Translations under genes and position numbers: made by a program | From: Lytechinus pictus | Lineage: Eukaryota | Assembly: GCF_037042905.1 (NCBI RefSeq) | Contig: NC_087252.1 | Span: forward strand, 13,518,001-13,582,000 | Length of the DNA stretch: 64,000 nt | Direction of reading: 5' to 3' | Notes under the pieces: generated by a model | What the model was told of the DNA's origin: nothing | Database searches by the model: none | The model's input: only the letters and a program-made list of their open reading frames with translations | Shown here: piece by piece, positions 1 through 12,837 of the stretch | Layout: each line of letters opens with the position of its first letter | How positions within the stretch are numbered: the stretch's first letter is position 1

Positions 1-1088
1 TATTTTTGTAATTTTTGCTAGGGAAGGAGGGGGGGGGGGTCAAAATAGTCTCTGATATACATCTACAAACACTAAGGTGCTGAAGTCGATGCAAATTTGG
101 ACAACGTATTTTGTGAGACGTGATCTCGTCACGAAATCTTCCGGATTCTGCATTTAATAGTATTGGTGGCAGCGGTGGGATTTCATAATATTTCTTGCAA
201 GTAACAGGCGACAGTGGGTGTGTGCGGGGAGCACGTGTATCAACTCCTTGAAGACCCATTTGCACTACGTGAACCTAACTAATACACTCTTCGAATTTAA
301 AGGAAGACTTTACTCAGAAAATATAAGAAAAATAAAAGGCGGATATCGAGACGAAACAGTTGAAAACGTGAATAGTAAATCTAAAGATTGGCTTCAAGAA
401 AATGTTTATTATGTTTATTGGTTTAAACTATATAAGGTAGTCTTCCTGATCAATATCAAGGGAACTCTGACGCAGTACTTTATTCTTTAACTGATACAGA
501 AGAGGGCATTTCTTAATTTAGAACAGAGGGCAATTACTTGAGCTGTTTGGAATTTATTTATTAGTAAGAGATGCGGATTTTTGAAGATAGGCGTTACTTA
601 TAAACTGAATTACTTCAAATTTCACAGACCTTTTTTCTTCCATATAGTTTCTTTTTAAGTTCAGTTATTTTTTTCGAAAAAATATTATGCCATTGGTAAC
701 TTTTATAATGGTTTCTTTGCTTCTCTACCAATATTATCTTTACAATAAAAAGGGCCTACCTTGAAATCAGTGTAAAGTTGTGTTTAAAAGTAACATAAAA
801 CAAAGGTGTGTGGGTGTATGAGGGGGGGGGGCTTAGGGACCATATAGACCCCAATAATTTTCATGACCCCCAAAGAGAGAGAGAGAGAGCGAAAGACAAA
901 GGAGAAGTAGTGAAATATGATACTATTTTCTGATTATTTCAAAATTTGTCACAAAATATTAGATTTTGTATAAAGAATGTCATTTATTTTTACTCGCTCA
1001 CAGCTTTTTAGGATTTTTGCCCCATGCGCGATGTCTGACCCCCTCCCGTGTCTCATTAGACTACTAAGATAAACAATCGGTAATTCAC

Positions 1089-1292
1089 CTGTTCCTGGTG
1101 ACAGTTCCTCAGTATTTTCTCCATCTGGTAGGCCTGGTATCATTTTAACCCAGGTAATGAAGGCGGAGGGTCGAGCGCTGGTGTTGCATATCAAAGTAAT
1201 GTTGTCTGTTTCGTTCACGTAGATAACTTCCGGTTTGTAGCTCACCCAGTATGGCGGCTGACGGGGTCCAATGTGGCGTATTACCGGCTCAT
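1089..1292 (-). CDS. IgSF gene, coding exon 4 (first half of second Ig domain); gene continues beyond left window edge
   Basis: Acceptor tctgtag|AT, donor G|gtgaat, 204 bp, phase 1/1; (Y)EPVIRHIGPRQPPYWVSYKPEVIYVNETDNITLICNTSARPSAFITWVK shows the Ig B-strand Cys and C-strand Trp. Confidence 0.85.
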
Positions 1293-2925
1293 CTACAGAT
1301 GAAGGGGAGAAAACATTAAAAAAAATCTTTATTTAAAGCGCAACTCGGGTCTGAGCAATGAGTAGCCTAAATAAATTTGATTAAAAGTTGAAAACTGAAA
1401 GGTTACTGTAGGTTTCAAATAGGGCCTAGGGCCATAATAAGTTTTTATTGTTGTATACACACACACACACATATATATATAAAGGGTGTGTGTGTGTAAT
1501 TTTCTCAAGTCCCCAAGTTAAGACAGCCCCCACTGTTGATTCATCGTTAAACAGTTGAAAAAAAAATACTCCAAAATTTAAAACTTTATGTCATTGGAAA
1601 TATCTAGAAACGTAAAGAAAAGTAGCTAAATTTGCACAGTGGAAGCCAACATAACCTTTTATGTGCGAGTTTGCAGGTGCTATCTTTGCGCGTAAAATTC
1701 ATTGAGCAATAATCGAAGAATCTGTTTTGAGTAAGATGAAATTGTCTCCAGGAAAGTAGCTAAACTGTAATCATTATTCACCCTGCTTCATGCTGGAAAT
1801 GTCAGGCCGTGTCCGCCATTTTGATTCCCATCACGTGTCTGCCATCCCCACCGGGGCGTCATATAAACATGAGATGAAACGTGTAGAGAACACCCCCAGC
1901 GTCGAATAAGTCACCAGAACCTTAACTGCTGGCATATATCAACCTCTTTTGAGGGACTTAATGCATCAGTGCTTATGCAAGAAGACGGCATATCTAAGAA
2001 AGAGCGTTCCCAAATGGTATATAGAAAATAATCTCTTCATTGAATATTTCATGGAAAGTTAATTAGGTATGTATTGTAGAATTGCTAAAATGAGAAGTTA
2101 ACGAGTTTTAAATCAAGGAGAAACTGTCCAGAATATCAAAGCTTCTGGGGTTCGATACACCTTTCAAGAGAGGGACAAAACCAATTCTCAGAAAAGTCGA
2201 AGGCACTTCGATTCGTTATGACGTTATTTGGAATTATTAATATATTAGCAGTTTATTGCCCCTGTTATAGGAGAAATAACCGAGCTATGGATTACATAAA
2301 AACTTTTTAGATTGCTAGCATCCAGGTATCAGGATGGCTAAACCTTCATTAGAGAGAAGGAAGTGAATTTTTTTTTGCATATGTGATTTCAAATCGATTT
2401 GTTGCGAAGTTATTTTATCACTGTTTAAGTAATCATATTAAAGGATGGCTTCATTTTCATTGCAATGTGTAGTGTCATTGTGTTAATTAGAGAAGACAAA
2501 AATCATAGATAATTTGATTTACCGGGATCTTTTCATGGTTTCACAAAATAGAAAGCAGAAGAAAACACAAACAGGAACAATCACTAACAAAGACACAAGA
2601 AATCACAACGACGAAAATAATAAAACAAAAGTAGTCTTAAAAATGTAAAATTACCCTTTCATGTTTTTAAAGAAAGCCAGATACGTCTCCGTTAAACCAA
2701 TGTGAACCACCGCAAAAGAACTTTGAACGATTTGGATATGTCATATTAAAATTCCCAAAATGACAATGCTGCATTCGAAAATACACCAGGCCAGTGTGAT
2801 GTTTCCCGCTTTTGCATTTTCTGTTCAAGTTCTTATAGCTGAATAACAACTTGAATTTGAATTGGACTTGGAACTGAATTCGAATATGAATTTAGGTTTG
2901 GAATTGAATTTGAAAATGGATTCAA

Positions 2926-3180
2926 CCGATTTGTTGGCTTAGTTAAAGCGTCCGTCTCACAATAGGGAGGTTGTGAGTTCAATCCACCGGCCGCGTCAGA
3001 CCTAAATACGTTAAAAGATAGGAGTTGTTGCTACCCTGTTCGTGTTCAACGATTTTAAGGGATTGAGCTACGTCGGTCTGGCGCTGCACAGTAGCTGCCG
3101 GGCCCACGATCAATTGGGAAAAAACAAATTCTGAGTATTTATATTTTAAATTTCATTTCGAACCATAAAATAGATTTTGA
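2926..3180 (+). mobile_element. tRNA-derived SINE, family A
   Basis: A/B-box-like head; body shared with copies at 37788 and 50997 (gacgttaaaagatgggagttg, tctggcgctgcacag, gggcccacgatcaattg). Confidence 0.8.
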
Positions 3181-6100
3181 TTTTCATTTAAACATGATCC
3201 TAATATCCGACTTTATCATTGTTGGGGGAGGGAGTGAATATCAGATGCACAGAGGTCTGAAATTTATGCACGAGTTGAGAGACAAGGTAAATATAACTTG
3301 ACGATCTTTAAAGAGCCAATTTACATTTACCCAATGTAACGTCTGGATATACACAAATATACACATCAACAATGATGTAGTTATCACATGTCTACCTTGG
3401 CACCTTTTGGATATCAATTATACGTGTTATCCTGCTCATCGATCGTTAAACTTTAAAGCACTTTCCTCTGTTGGGACATACCTGACGTCACAATGGTGTC
3501 TATTCGTAGCCAGTCATTTAAGTCAAAAGACTGACGTCATCATCAGGTTAGAAATATGATCCTGTGGGGTATCGAATGTAATGATGTAAACTGTGTCAAT
3601 GGATATGTGGAGGGAATGATTATCCCTGTTACATTATGTATAGATAATCAAAATAAACCCGAGCAAAGTTTACATTTTATGTTTTGTTCTTAAAAAAAAA
3701 AAATCTGCCTCGTATAATTGTTTACTTCAGTTTTCAACACACTGATACAGAATCGTCCATATACACCATGTACATGTACAAGTGTACTAAGCTTACTTGT
3801 ATGTTCGTCACAATCATGACATAACAATATCATACATATACATATAAGTCTATATGTAAGCTTGCATAATTATAATGCTAACGTAAAAAAAAGGAGAGAT
3901 CAAGTTTAATATATATATTTGGTCGGTGTGAGTTTATATAGAATATATATATTCAATTCAAACGATGATTTGAAATTTAGAAAAAAATCCCGCAAGATGT
4001 ATTTTTTTATTTTCAAAATCAATTTAATACACGAGTTTTAATACAACTTCAAACAGGTTCCTTTTTTTTTTAACATACACAAGAATACTCAAGCTTTTAA
4101 GAATGTTAAGTTTTATAAAATGAGGATATATAAGTATCGTATTTTGTTCGTATAATTACCAAATCTTTGCAAATGTATAAGGTCGTTACTTATGTTCATT
4201 TTTGTAATTGTATTTATGTATTTGTATTTATGTATTTTTGACTTGTATGTGAAAAATGGAAAGAAAAGAAATGAAATAAATCAATAAATCTACCTAAATC
4301 TACCTAAATTATACCCCTTTTAAATTCCACGATGCCGACATACATTACATTTGTCCTAAATCACACCCATGTCCGCAACTCGGGAAAATGAAATATGATG
4401 TTATGGACCGGTATCACATGGAAGAACTATCAGCTGAAATATTTATTGGGTGTGGCGAGGAGTAGTTCCATGTCTAACGGTATTCCCGAATGGTTACTCT
4501 AATATCTGGCATCCACACTGCCAAGGAAGTATAGGGTATTCGAAGAAAATTCCCGGAAAGGAAAGAAAACCAAGGACGATTTCGGTAGGACGAAAGTATT
4601 AACGTGTGTACTTCTTTTGATGAGGTAGCAATTACATTCACAACTTCAAAACGTGATATATATCTATTATACATATATATTATATATATATATATATATA
4701 TGTATAAAATATGACCGCGTGAATATCAATTTCACCTTCAATGACATATATCCTCATAACTTTGTGAGATAAAACCAATTTTGGGTAAGTTGATACAACA
4801 TTAATTATGATTATAATAATAATAATAAAGTGTTTATTTAATTTTTTAAATGGTGTCTCATAAAAAATATGACTTTCGATTCTTTCGATGTGATAAAAGT
4901 GCATGTGTTACACATGATGAACTGCATTATCAAGGCCATGATGGCATTAAAAAATATACAATTGATATATTGCTGAAATCTCGAAATAGCAAGTGTATTC
5001 CTTGAAACGGGCTTGACGCACAAACAATGCTACCCAACTTTGGCAAAAGGAAGCAAGTGACACATCAGTCAAATTTGAGTTATCGTTGTTTCTGAAACAC
5101 CCTTTGTATGTTGCACGTTCAGGCAAAACTTGGGGAAGAAAATATCGTTCTATAGAAAGATATTGAAATGCTGTTAAATCGCATCGACGCATATGTAAAT
5201 GACGAACACACATGATCATTTACAACAAATTATACTTTTGTAACTTCCTTCCTTTTGCCAAAGTACTGCAGAATGACTGTCATGCGCTCTACTTCTTCGG
5301 ACCAATCAGTTCAGGGATTATACCTGCATGCTTTTTAGTGCTTGTCAAACCTATTTTTTTTTACTGGGACACCATGTACACTCCTACTCGGCCTAATCGG
5401 CTATTAATGGAGGGACAAACCGCGACCGATTGCTTGGGACGGTAGATTGAATTTCATTATTCATAGATGGCAAAATTAATTTCTGGCATCAATGCAATGA
5501 CGAGCACACCTTTCATACGTCTATGGCTTGAAAGGCGTGTAAGTCGGATGTATTTTCAAGATCGAATCGGGAAAAAAAATTGAAGACGGGTGTCGTGAAT
5601 ATGGTGTCGTCACGTTTCTAAGGGCGGTGTGCATTGTGGGACCATTAAGTCAATTAACTAAATCTGACACCGGGAGCATTTTTATATGTGCGATTTTCCA
5701 CTGGACATAGTGTCACACAGTGTGATCCACACTCATAAAATGATCAAATTTATTTAAAAGTGTGAAAAGTTTGCTACTCCCTCACATCCCATTCATGACC
5801 TTACGCATTTTGTTATTTATCTGGTCTTTTTTTACAATTGTAATTTTTTTTTTTCTAATTTATTATGGAATTATTTTATTGATTTCATCTCGATGTATTG
5901 TATTTTTTTAGAGATGTGATATAATGAAATTTGAATTTGAATATTTCACACTTTGACGGGGATGCTGCACAGTCAAGCTAGGCTTAAAGTGGCAACCTCG
6001 GCAACCTTCTTCAATCGTGTTATAGAAAATAGAACCTTTCTTATTGTTAGATATATTTTCTTTGTTATTTTGTATTTGAATAATTGCAGAAACAGTAAAT

Positions 6101-6326
6101 GAAACGATAAATGAATTTTGCACCGTTGACACCTCGACACTGTGTGGTCGCATGGTTTGATCACATGGTCACAGAGTGGATTGTTTAAAGTTGCGATTCG
6201 TCCTGTTAAAATGTTCACATTTAAGTGTGAAAGAGCGTGTTCCACACTGTGAACACAATACGAACATTATGTGGAACACTGTTTACATTCCAGTAGGAAG
6301 TCTTGTACCAGTCTCATCTGGTTTAA

Positions 6327-7123
6327 AGGACAGGTCCACCCAATATAAAGTGGATTTGAATAAAAGGAGAAACATCTAAGAAGCATAACACTGAAAATGT
6401 CATCAAATTCTGATGTAAAATAAGAAAGTTATGGCGTTTTTAAATGTCGCTAAATAAAAAAAAAAAGGTTAAATGCACATCATGGTCTGTATGCACACAA
6501 GGGGACTGAAAATGTCACCCACTACTGTTTTTTGTATATCATTATAAGAATTATTCTAATTTCATCCACATTTCTGTGTGAAACGAAGATGTATTCCTTC
6601 CTTAACATGCGGAATATTAATGATTTAACGTATTCTGACTCTGTCAAGTTGGTCCTTATTATCAAGCCTGTTAATAAAAAATGAAATATTGTCTATTTCA
6701 CACATTTAAAAAGAAGAAAAATAGTGAGTGAGGGACACCATGGACTCTCTCATTTAGATGTCACTGAGTTGTGCATATAACTGTTTTGTTAAAAAGGGAA
6801 AAGCAATGAGGAAAGAGCGCAATAGACGTATGAAACGTACAATGTGAACCAAAATTGAAATTTTCGGATTCCCATAATTCTAGTTTAGGGCTAGACCATG
6901 GTATAGGTTAATCTGGACCTCAGATAAACAAAGCTATTAACCTGTTAATTATTTTGCTTTTGAAACGTTTTGTATTGATCAGGTGGCTCATTAGAATAAT
7001 AAAATTCCCCTCTTTGTATCATGTTCTTTTAAGATGTTAAAATGGTAAAAAAATGATAATAAAAAAAAAGGCCCGATTTATGCTTTGATAGAAAATGATT
7101 TATTTCAAAAGTAGACTTCCCCT
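6327..7123. mobile_element. TTAA-flanked non-autonomous element (Kolobok-like)
   Basis: ttaa|aggacaggtccac ... gtagacttcccct|ttaa; related ends at ~18540-18600 and 41081-41416. Confidence 0.55.
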
Positions 7124-8031
7124 TTAATATAAAAAAAAAACACTTTATCAGACCGAGGCACATAATATCAATAGCGCCTTGTCTGTTAAGAACATATTGT
7201 AATTACCGAACTGTTACTGAATGACGTCGTTTACAAAGCGGCTGGTGATTAGGCTATCCCTCGGAGGCACTTACCCCGTAGTCTCACCAAGTTCTGTCTA
7301 TTACATATTTCATAACCAATCCAGATCACTTTAAGGTTGCAGGAGACATATAATGGAAAACACATGCCATACAGATGTAGTGTATTTATTTTTATCGTTC
7401 ATATAGATTAAATATGTGACCAGTCACCAAAAACCCACACTAAGTCGTAGAGAAAGTCCTCTGTAAATAGCTAAAAAAAGGAAAAAAGGTCTTAAAAAAG
7501 TAAAAGAATCATAAATTTAGCTCAACTGAAAGAATAACTCTTCTCCAGCTTTTCCGGAAACTTGGAAGTTTCATATAAATTGAACAGGGAACACATTTCG
7601 TGCTTGAATGTACCCCGAACTTCAAACCTTTTGTTTTCTCCTTTGAACCTGTCTCTATTTTGTTTTTATATTCAATCAAAGTGTACGTTATTTTTATAAG
7701 TTACATATCATTTAGACATTGGATGCGCTTTATCAAGCGCAATAAAATCGCTAAATTCATTGGGCGACTTCTTATTGTTTTTCTGCGTGGTAGATAATGA
7801 TTCAGGTACTTATTTCGCATTGATGACTCAAATGCATTGTAGAGGGGATCAAGAGAAAAAGATGTGGCAAGGGGGGGGGGGGTTGTGATAGGGGATGGGG
7901 ACACAGGGGTACGTAGTCCCATACGGAGAATATGATCACCTTGTGAGTGGTGGTAACAATTTTTTTTCTTCTACAGACACTTTTTAAGGACTCCCCGGTA
8001 TCTGCCCCTGTACCTGGATATGCATACTCAC

Positions 8032-8238
8032 AATTTACATTAACATTGAATTCGGCTTGGACCCTGCAAATCCTCTTTGATGAACTCGCCCGGCAAAGAT
8101 AAGTCATTGAATCAGATGTGCTGACACCTCTGATGGTCAAATTTGAACTTCTCGTTGAATTGGTTTTATTGTAGGCGATCGCGTAATTATCCGCAGCAGT
8201 CTGGGCGTTATTGTTCCAGAATATGTCTTCTTTTCCGG
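8032..8238 (-). CDS. IgSF gene, coding exon 3 (second half of first Ig domain)
   Basis: Acceptor ctctaag|CC, donor T|gtgagt, 207 bp, phase 1/1; ...SNLTIRGVSTSDSMTYLCRASS...FNVNVN has the LTI...DxxxYxC Ig motif and joins in frame to both neighbours. Confidence 0.85.
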
Positions 8239-8739
8239 CTTAGAGATTTGAAAGGCAGTGAGAAAACAAAGAAAGAGAGAGAGAGGGGAAGGGGGCGTGG
8301 GGCAGAGAAAGGGGGAGGTAGAGAGAGGGTAAAATGAGAGGGGAGAGAGAGAGAGAGAGAGTGTGTGTATGTGCGCGCGCGAGTGGTGTTTCAGGGTGTG
8401 CGCGTGTATGTGGGTGTGTGAGATAGAGAAAGAGAGGGCGAGATAGGGTTGTAAGTGACAGGTTGGGGAAAAATATATCAAGTGGGACAGATTGAGAGAA
8501 AGAAGTAGACAAAATGAGAAAGAACGATAAAAAAAGTCAAATAACTTATTGAATGTGAACGCGTAAAAATTTACGTTTATTAAACGGAAATGTTGAAAGA
8601 GGCTGCTCGAGCTAAACCCATATCCGCCATAATAATAGATGCACCTTCTATCCTCTGGAAAAGGCGCTATATAAGTCAAAATATTACTTTAAAAAATATC
8701 ATTTTTGTTACCATGGTTATTGCTGTAGCTGATGTTTTT

Positions 8740-8910
8740 CATCTTCTCCTTCTTTCTCTTCTTCTTCTACTTCTTCTTCTCCTTCGTTGTCTATTTCTTC
8801 TTCTCCTTTCTCTTCCTTTTCTTCTATTAATACTTCTTGTTCTTTTTAATATTTTTTTTCTTCTTCTTCTTCTTCGTTTTCTTCTTTTTCTTTTTCTTCT
8901 TCTTCTCCTC
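8740..8910. repeat. (CTT)n-rich low-complexity tract
   Basis: Visible. Confidence 0.85.
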
Positions 8911-9155
8911 ATTATTATCATTACTATATATTGCTATTACGAACGTCCCCAAAAGTGTGTGCACATAATACACAGGCACTATTATCTTTATCACATCGTG
9001 TTTCCGATAAGCTGTTTATTCAAAATTAAAGTGAGTATATATATATATTTAAATGCGAGAAATTATACATGTACAACAGCTTTGGCAACTCTTGTATCAA
9101 ATTTGTGAAAGAAATTAATGAAGAGAACAATGTTCTTTTCATTAATTTCTTTCAC

Positions 9156-9192
<37 letters not shown>

Positions 9193-9249
9193 AAGAGTAG
9201 AGTAGAATCAAGGATGAATCAAGGATGAAGCAAAGTATACACTATGTTG

Positions 9250-9280
9250 TAAAGCTTTCGGCCCTGGCCTTCTTCAGTTT
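9250..9280 (-). ncRNA. Minimal hammerhead ribozyme motif in a separate element
   Basis: Minus strand: CUGAAGA a GGCC ag GGCC GAAAGCUUU; core and stem II as above but a different loop and flanks; stem I poor. Confidence 0.55.
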
Positions 9281-9877
9281 TTATTTGCTAAACAAAACAA
9301 ATAAAGCAAATCATAGAATAAGCAACATAACAAACATAATGTAAATAATAGCAAATTAAAGCAAAAGCAAAACAAAACAATAGGAGAAATCATATGGTAA
9401 TACACGGAATAACAAAGGATCATACTCAACAGAAATAAAAAGTAAGGTGAATTAGTACCTGACATGGGTCATAGCAAATTCTTCTGAATTAGGGTTGTGT
9501 TGTGTACCGTGCGTGTGTTATTTACAAAGTAAAACGTATTAAAAGCGAAGATGGCGTACTCAGAAAATTGTGTGCATTTGAGCAGAACTAAGAACAATAC
9601 AAAGGTGGAAAGGAGTGGCTTAACGTGGGACATGTAGTATATAAGGTAAAAAAAATATATTACTCTTTATTCATATTTCGATATTTTTACAAAATGGCGT
9701 AGATACACATGTATGAGATACATGGACGGAAAAAAAAAAAAATATATATATATATATAATTGTGATGAGCAAGGACCTAAACATTGCGTGGGTGCTTCAG
9801 TGAGTAATATATTGGCGAAGAAGCTCAAAAAGCATTGAAGCTATAGACGTAGCCTGGATTTCTTCAACTTTTATTAG

Positions 9878-9916
9878 TAAAAGCTTTCGGCCATTTAGTT
9901 GGGCCTTCTTCAGGTA
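9878..9916 (-). ncRNA. Minimal type I hammerhead ribozyme motif (left arm)
   Basis: Minus strand: uac CUGAAGA a GGCC caacuaaau GGCC GAAAGCUU uua; intact core, 4-bp stem II, palindromic AAGCUU stem III, mismatch at first stem I pair. Confidence 0.7.
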
Positions 9917-11217
9917 TCTGAAGATGTAAAAGACATAATGGCTTTACAATTACTATGCATATATTTGGATTAATTTACTAAATATAGGTATACCTTAAAA
10001 GAAAATGTTTTACATCGGTAATGTTTAATTAGGATTATCCAATAGCTATTAAAATCAATTAAGTTTACGCAGATTTTTATTACAAATTTTTTTTTGAAAG
10101 TTATGTGTGCTGTATAATACATATATCACAAAATGTATAATAATACATATATCTCAAAATAGTATATATCTCAAAAGAAGTTGTATTGCATTGGTAATGC
10201 TTAATTAAGATTATCCAAAAGCTATTAAAATATATTAAGTTTGCACAGATTTTTATTACAAATATTTTATGAAAGTATATAGACATATTGTGGTGTGTGT
10301 ACTGTATAATATATATTGAGTACATATTAAGGAAAGGTATTGGTTCATATACATTCGCGTCTAAGCACGTGAACTTATGTATGTAAGTAATCACACTCGC
10401 AGTCACATACACTCACACATACGCGCAGACACCCAAACAAATCCTACTCCTATATATCCTTGGTAGTGCTAGTAATTACACAAAGTATTATATAAGGTAG
10501 AGGTAACAATAATATATATGGTTCTGCGATAAATAAGTGATGTATACAATATTTTTGTTTTATAAATATCTTATTTCATACCTTCAAGTTTTACGGTAAG
10601 TGCTTAACCAGGTGGGTGATGTGTAGGATGGCACTTTCACATTCACTGATACACACACAAAACCACACATCACCCACCTGGTTAAGCACTTACCGTAAAA
10701 CTTGAAGGTAAGAAATCAGATATTTATAATGTATTTTTATTGTATACACCACTTATTTATCGCAGAACCACATATATTACTGTATATGAATAAATACCTT
10801 TCCTTAATATGTACTCAATATATATTATACAGTACACACACCACAATATGTCTATATACTTTCATAATATATTTGTATTAAAAATCTGTGCAAACTTAAT
10901 CTATTTTAATAGCTTTTGGATAATCTTAATTAAGCATTACCAATGCAATACAACTTCTTTTGAGATATATACTATTTTGAGATATATGTATTATTATACA
11001 TTTTGGGATATATGTATTATACAGCACACATAACTTTCAAAAAAATGTTTGTAATAAAAATCTGCGTAAACTTAATTGATTTGAATAGCTATTGGATAAT
11101 CCTAATTAAACATTACCGATGTAAAACATTTTCTTTTAAGATATACCTATATTTAGTAAATTAATCCAAATATATGCATGGTAATTGTAAAGCCATTATG
11201 TCTTTTACATCTTCAGA

Positions 11218-11256
11218 TACCTGAAGAAGGCCCAACTAAATGGCCAAAAGCTTGTA
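11218..11256 (+). ncRNA. Minimal hammerhead ribozyme motif (right arm), core variant
   Basis: tac CTGAAGA a GGCC caactaaat GGCC AAAAGCTT gta; GAAA changed to AAAA, stem I tac/gta pairs. Confidence 0.6.
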
Positions 11257-11318
11257 CTAATAAAAGTTGAAGAAATCCAGGCTACGTCTCTAGCTTCAAT
11301 GCTTTTTGAGCTTCTTCG

Positions 11319-11321
<3 letters not shown>

Positions 11322-11390
<69 letters not shown>
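11322..11390. repeat. (TA)n microsatellite
   Basis: Visible; others at ~4670-4700, 9160-9189 and 9742-9757. Confidence 0.95.
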
Positions 11391-11392
<2 letters not shown>

Positions 11393-11435
11393 TATATGTA
11401 TATATAATATATTGTAGAGTGTAGGTTTAACTTAC

Positions 11436-11561
11436 CATACCAGTAGATCTGGAAATCACTTGTAATATTATAGAATACACATGGTAAAGTTATTGTTGAT
11501 CCCTCGTCCGCTTCGATTTCAAGTTCAGTAGACATGAAGACTGGTTTAGGGTTCTCTGCGC
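11436..11561 (-). CDS. IgSF gene, coding exon 2 (first half of first Ig domain)
   Basis: Acceptor tcccccag|GC, donor G|gtaagt, 126 bp, phase 1/1; AENPKPVFMSTELEIEADEGSTITLPCVFYNITSDFQIYWY. Confidence 0.85.
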
Positions 11562-11617
11562 CTGGGGGAAACAAAATGATCAGATACTGATTCATATTGA
11601 ATCTACTTCTACAATTA

Positions 11618-11898
11618 TAATAATAATAACAATAATAATAATGATAATGTACAACATTTATATAGCGCTTAATACAAATGTTTCTAAGCGCTGCATACTA
11701 CATGTATTACCCTGGCTTTAGCACGGCTACCCTGATCGGGCGCATCGAGCGTTCGAGCAATTCCTTCCTACTGGGTACCCATTTACTACACTTGGTTGAT
11801 GAGTGGCAAATGTAGATAAATGCCTTGCCAAAGGGATTTGAACCCCGGACGTTGTGGTTCAAAGTCCGAAGACTTATCAACTGAGTCACAACACCTCT
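11618..11898 (-). mobile_element. tRNA-derived SINE, family B
   Basis: Minus strand: gactcagttg, ggttcaaatcc, ccctttggcaaggca...aatgggtacc core, aagcgctatataaatg + (ATT)n LINE-like tail. Confidence 0.8.
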
Positions 11899-11899
11899 A

Positions 11900-12058
11900 C
11901 TATACTATACTACTGCTACTGATGTTGCTATTTCTACTGCTACAACTTGTACTACCACCACCACCACTACTACTATTTCTAGTACGACAGCTCATTCTTC
12001 TACTAATTCTATACTAGTACTTCTTCTACTACTGCTACTTCTTCTTCGACCACTACTT

Positions 12059-12104
<46 letters not shown>

Positions 12105-12110
12105 CACTAC
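11900..12110. repeat. (CTA)n microsatellite
   Basis: Visible. Confidence 0.9.
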
Positions 12111-12837
12111 TAAATAAGTAAGTAAATGAATGAACGAATAAATAAATGAACATGAAAAAATAAACTTATATTATCCAATTGAGCAAATTTATTACCAAAT
12201 TATTACTTTTTATTGCCCAATTTGGGCAGATTTTAACCAATAGTCGTGTGGACAGTATGTTGCCAATTAAGGGTTAGTTAAAAGTTGGGCATTTTTTGCC
12301 CAACTATTTTAAAAGTGTAATACGGCAAAATCACAGTTGGCCCTCTGGATGATAAGATAGTAGAAATGTCATCATAACCATCATCATTAGCTTCATTATC
12401 ATGGCTGATGTCATCGAATTTATCAACACATTTTCAGCAATGTATATAGAATGGTAATGCCACAGTCAGACCAACGAAACCGACTCCAAATGAATGAGGG
12501 CTAATCTACCAAGTATACCAAGCAAGTAAGTAAGTAAGAACAATGGTATTTAATTGGTAATAACGTAATACATTCAGTGGGTCTCGGCGGTGTGACCGTG
12601 GCATAACATTAACAGCAAAAATATTGTATGAATTCAAAAGGCGATACACTCTAATACTACTACTACTACTTAACCCAACCTGTAATTAAGAACAGTGGCA
12701 GGACTTTGGCGAATAATTTCGCTCTCAAGCAATCAAATTGCTTTATTCGAGTATTTTAGAACAGTTGCATTTCAATTGCGAAGGAGAATACATATGAATA
12801 AAACGCCAGAAGTGGTAATTCTCATGATACTACTTAC

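Larger units (their letters stand above)
9806..11326. mobile_element. ~1.5 kb non-coding foldback (inverted-repeat) element with terminal hammerhead motifs
   Basis: Left arm 9806-~10624 is the reverse complement of right arm ~10664-11326, apart from ~160 bp extra in the left arm (~10351-10510); the ORF track gives nearly the same peptide on opposite strands; the right end abuts (TA)n. Confidence 0.85.

Noticed and set aside
8137..9108. Long ORFs of 180 and 172 aa and an Arg-rich ORF
   Set aside because: Produced by GA/GT and CTT simple repeats; the true exon is in another frame
10101..11033. Two ORFs with nearly identical peptides on opposite strands
   Set aside because: By-product of the foldback palindrome; AT-rich with no protein motif
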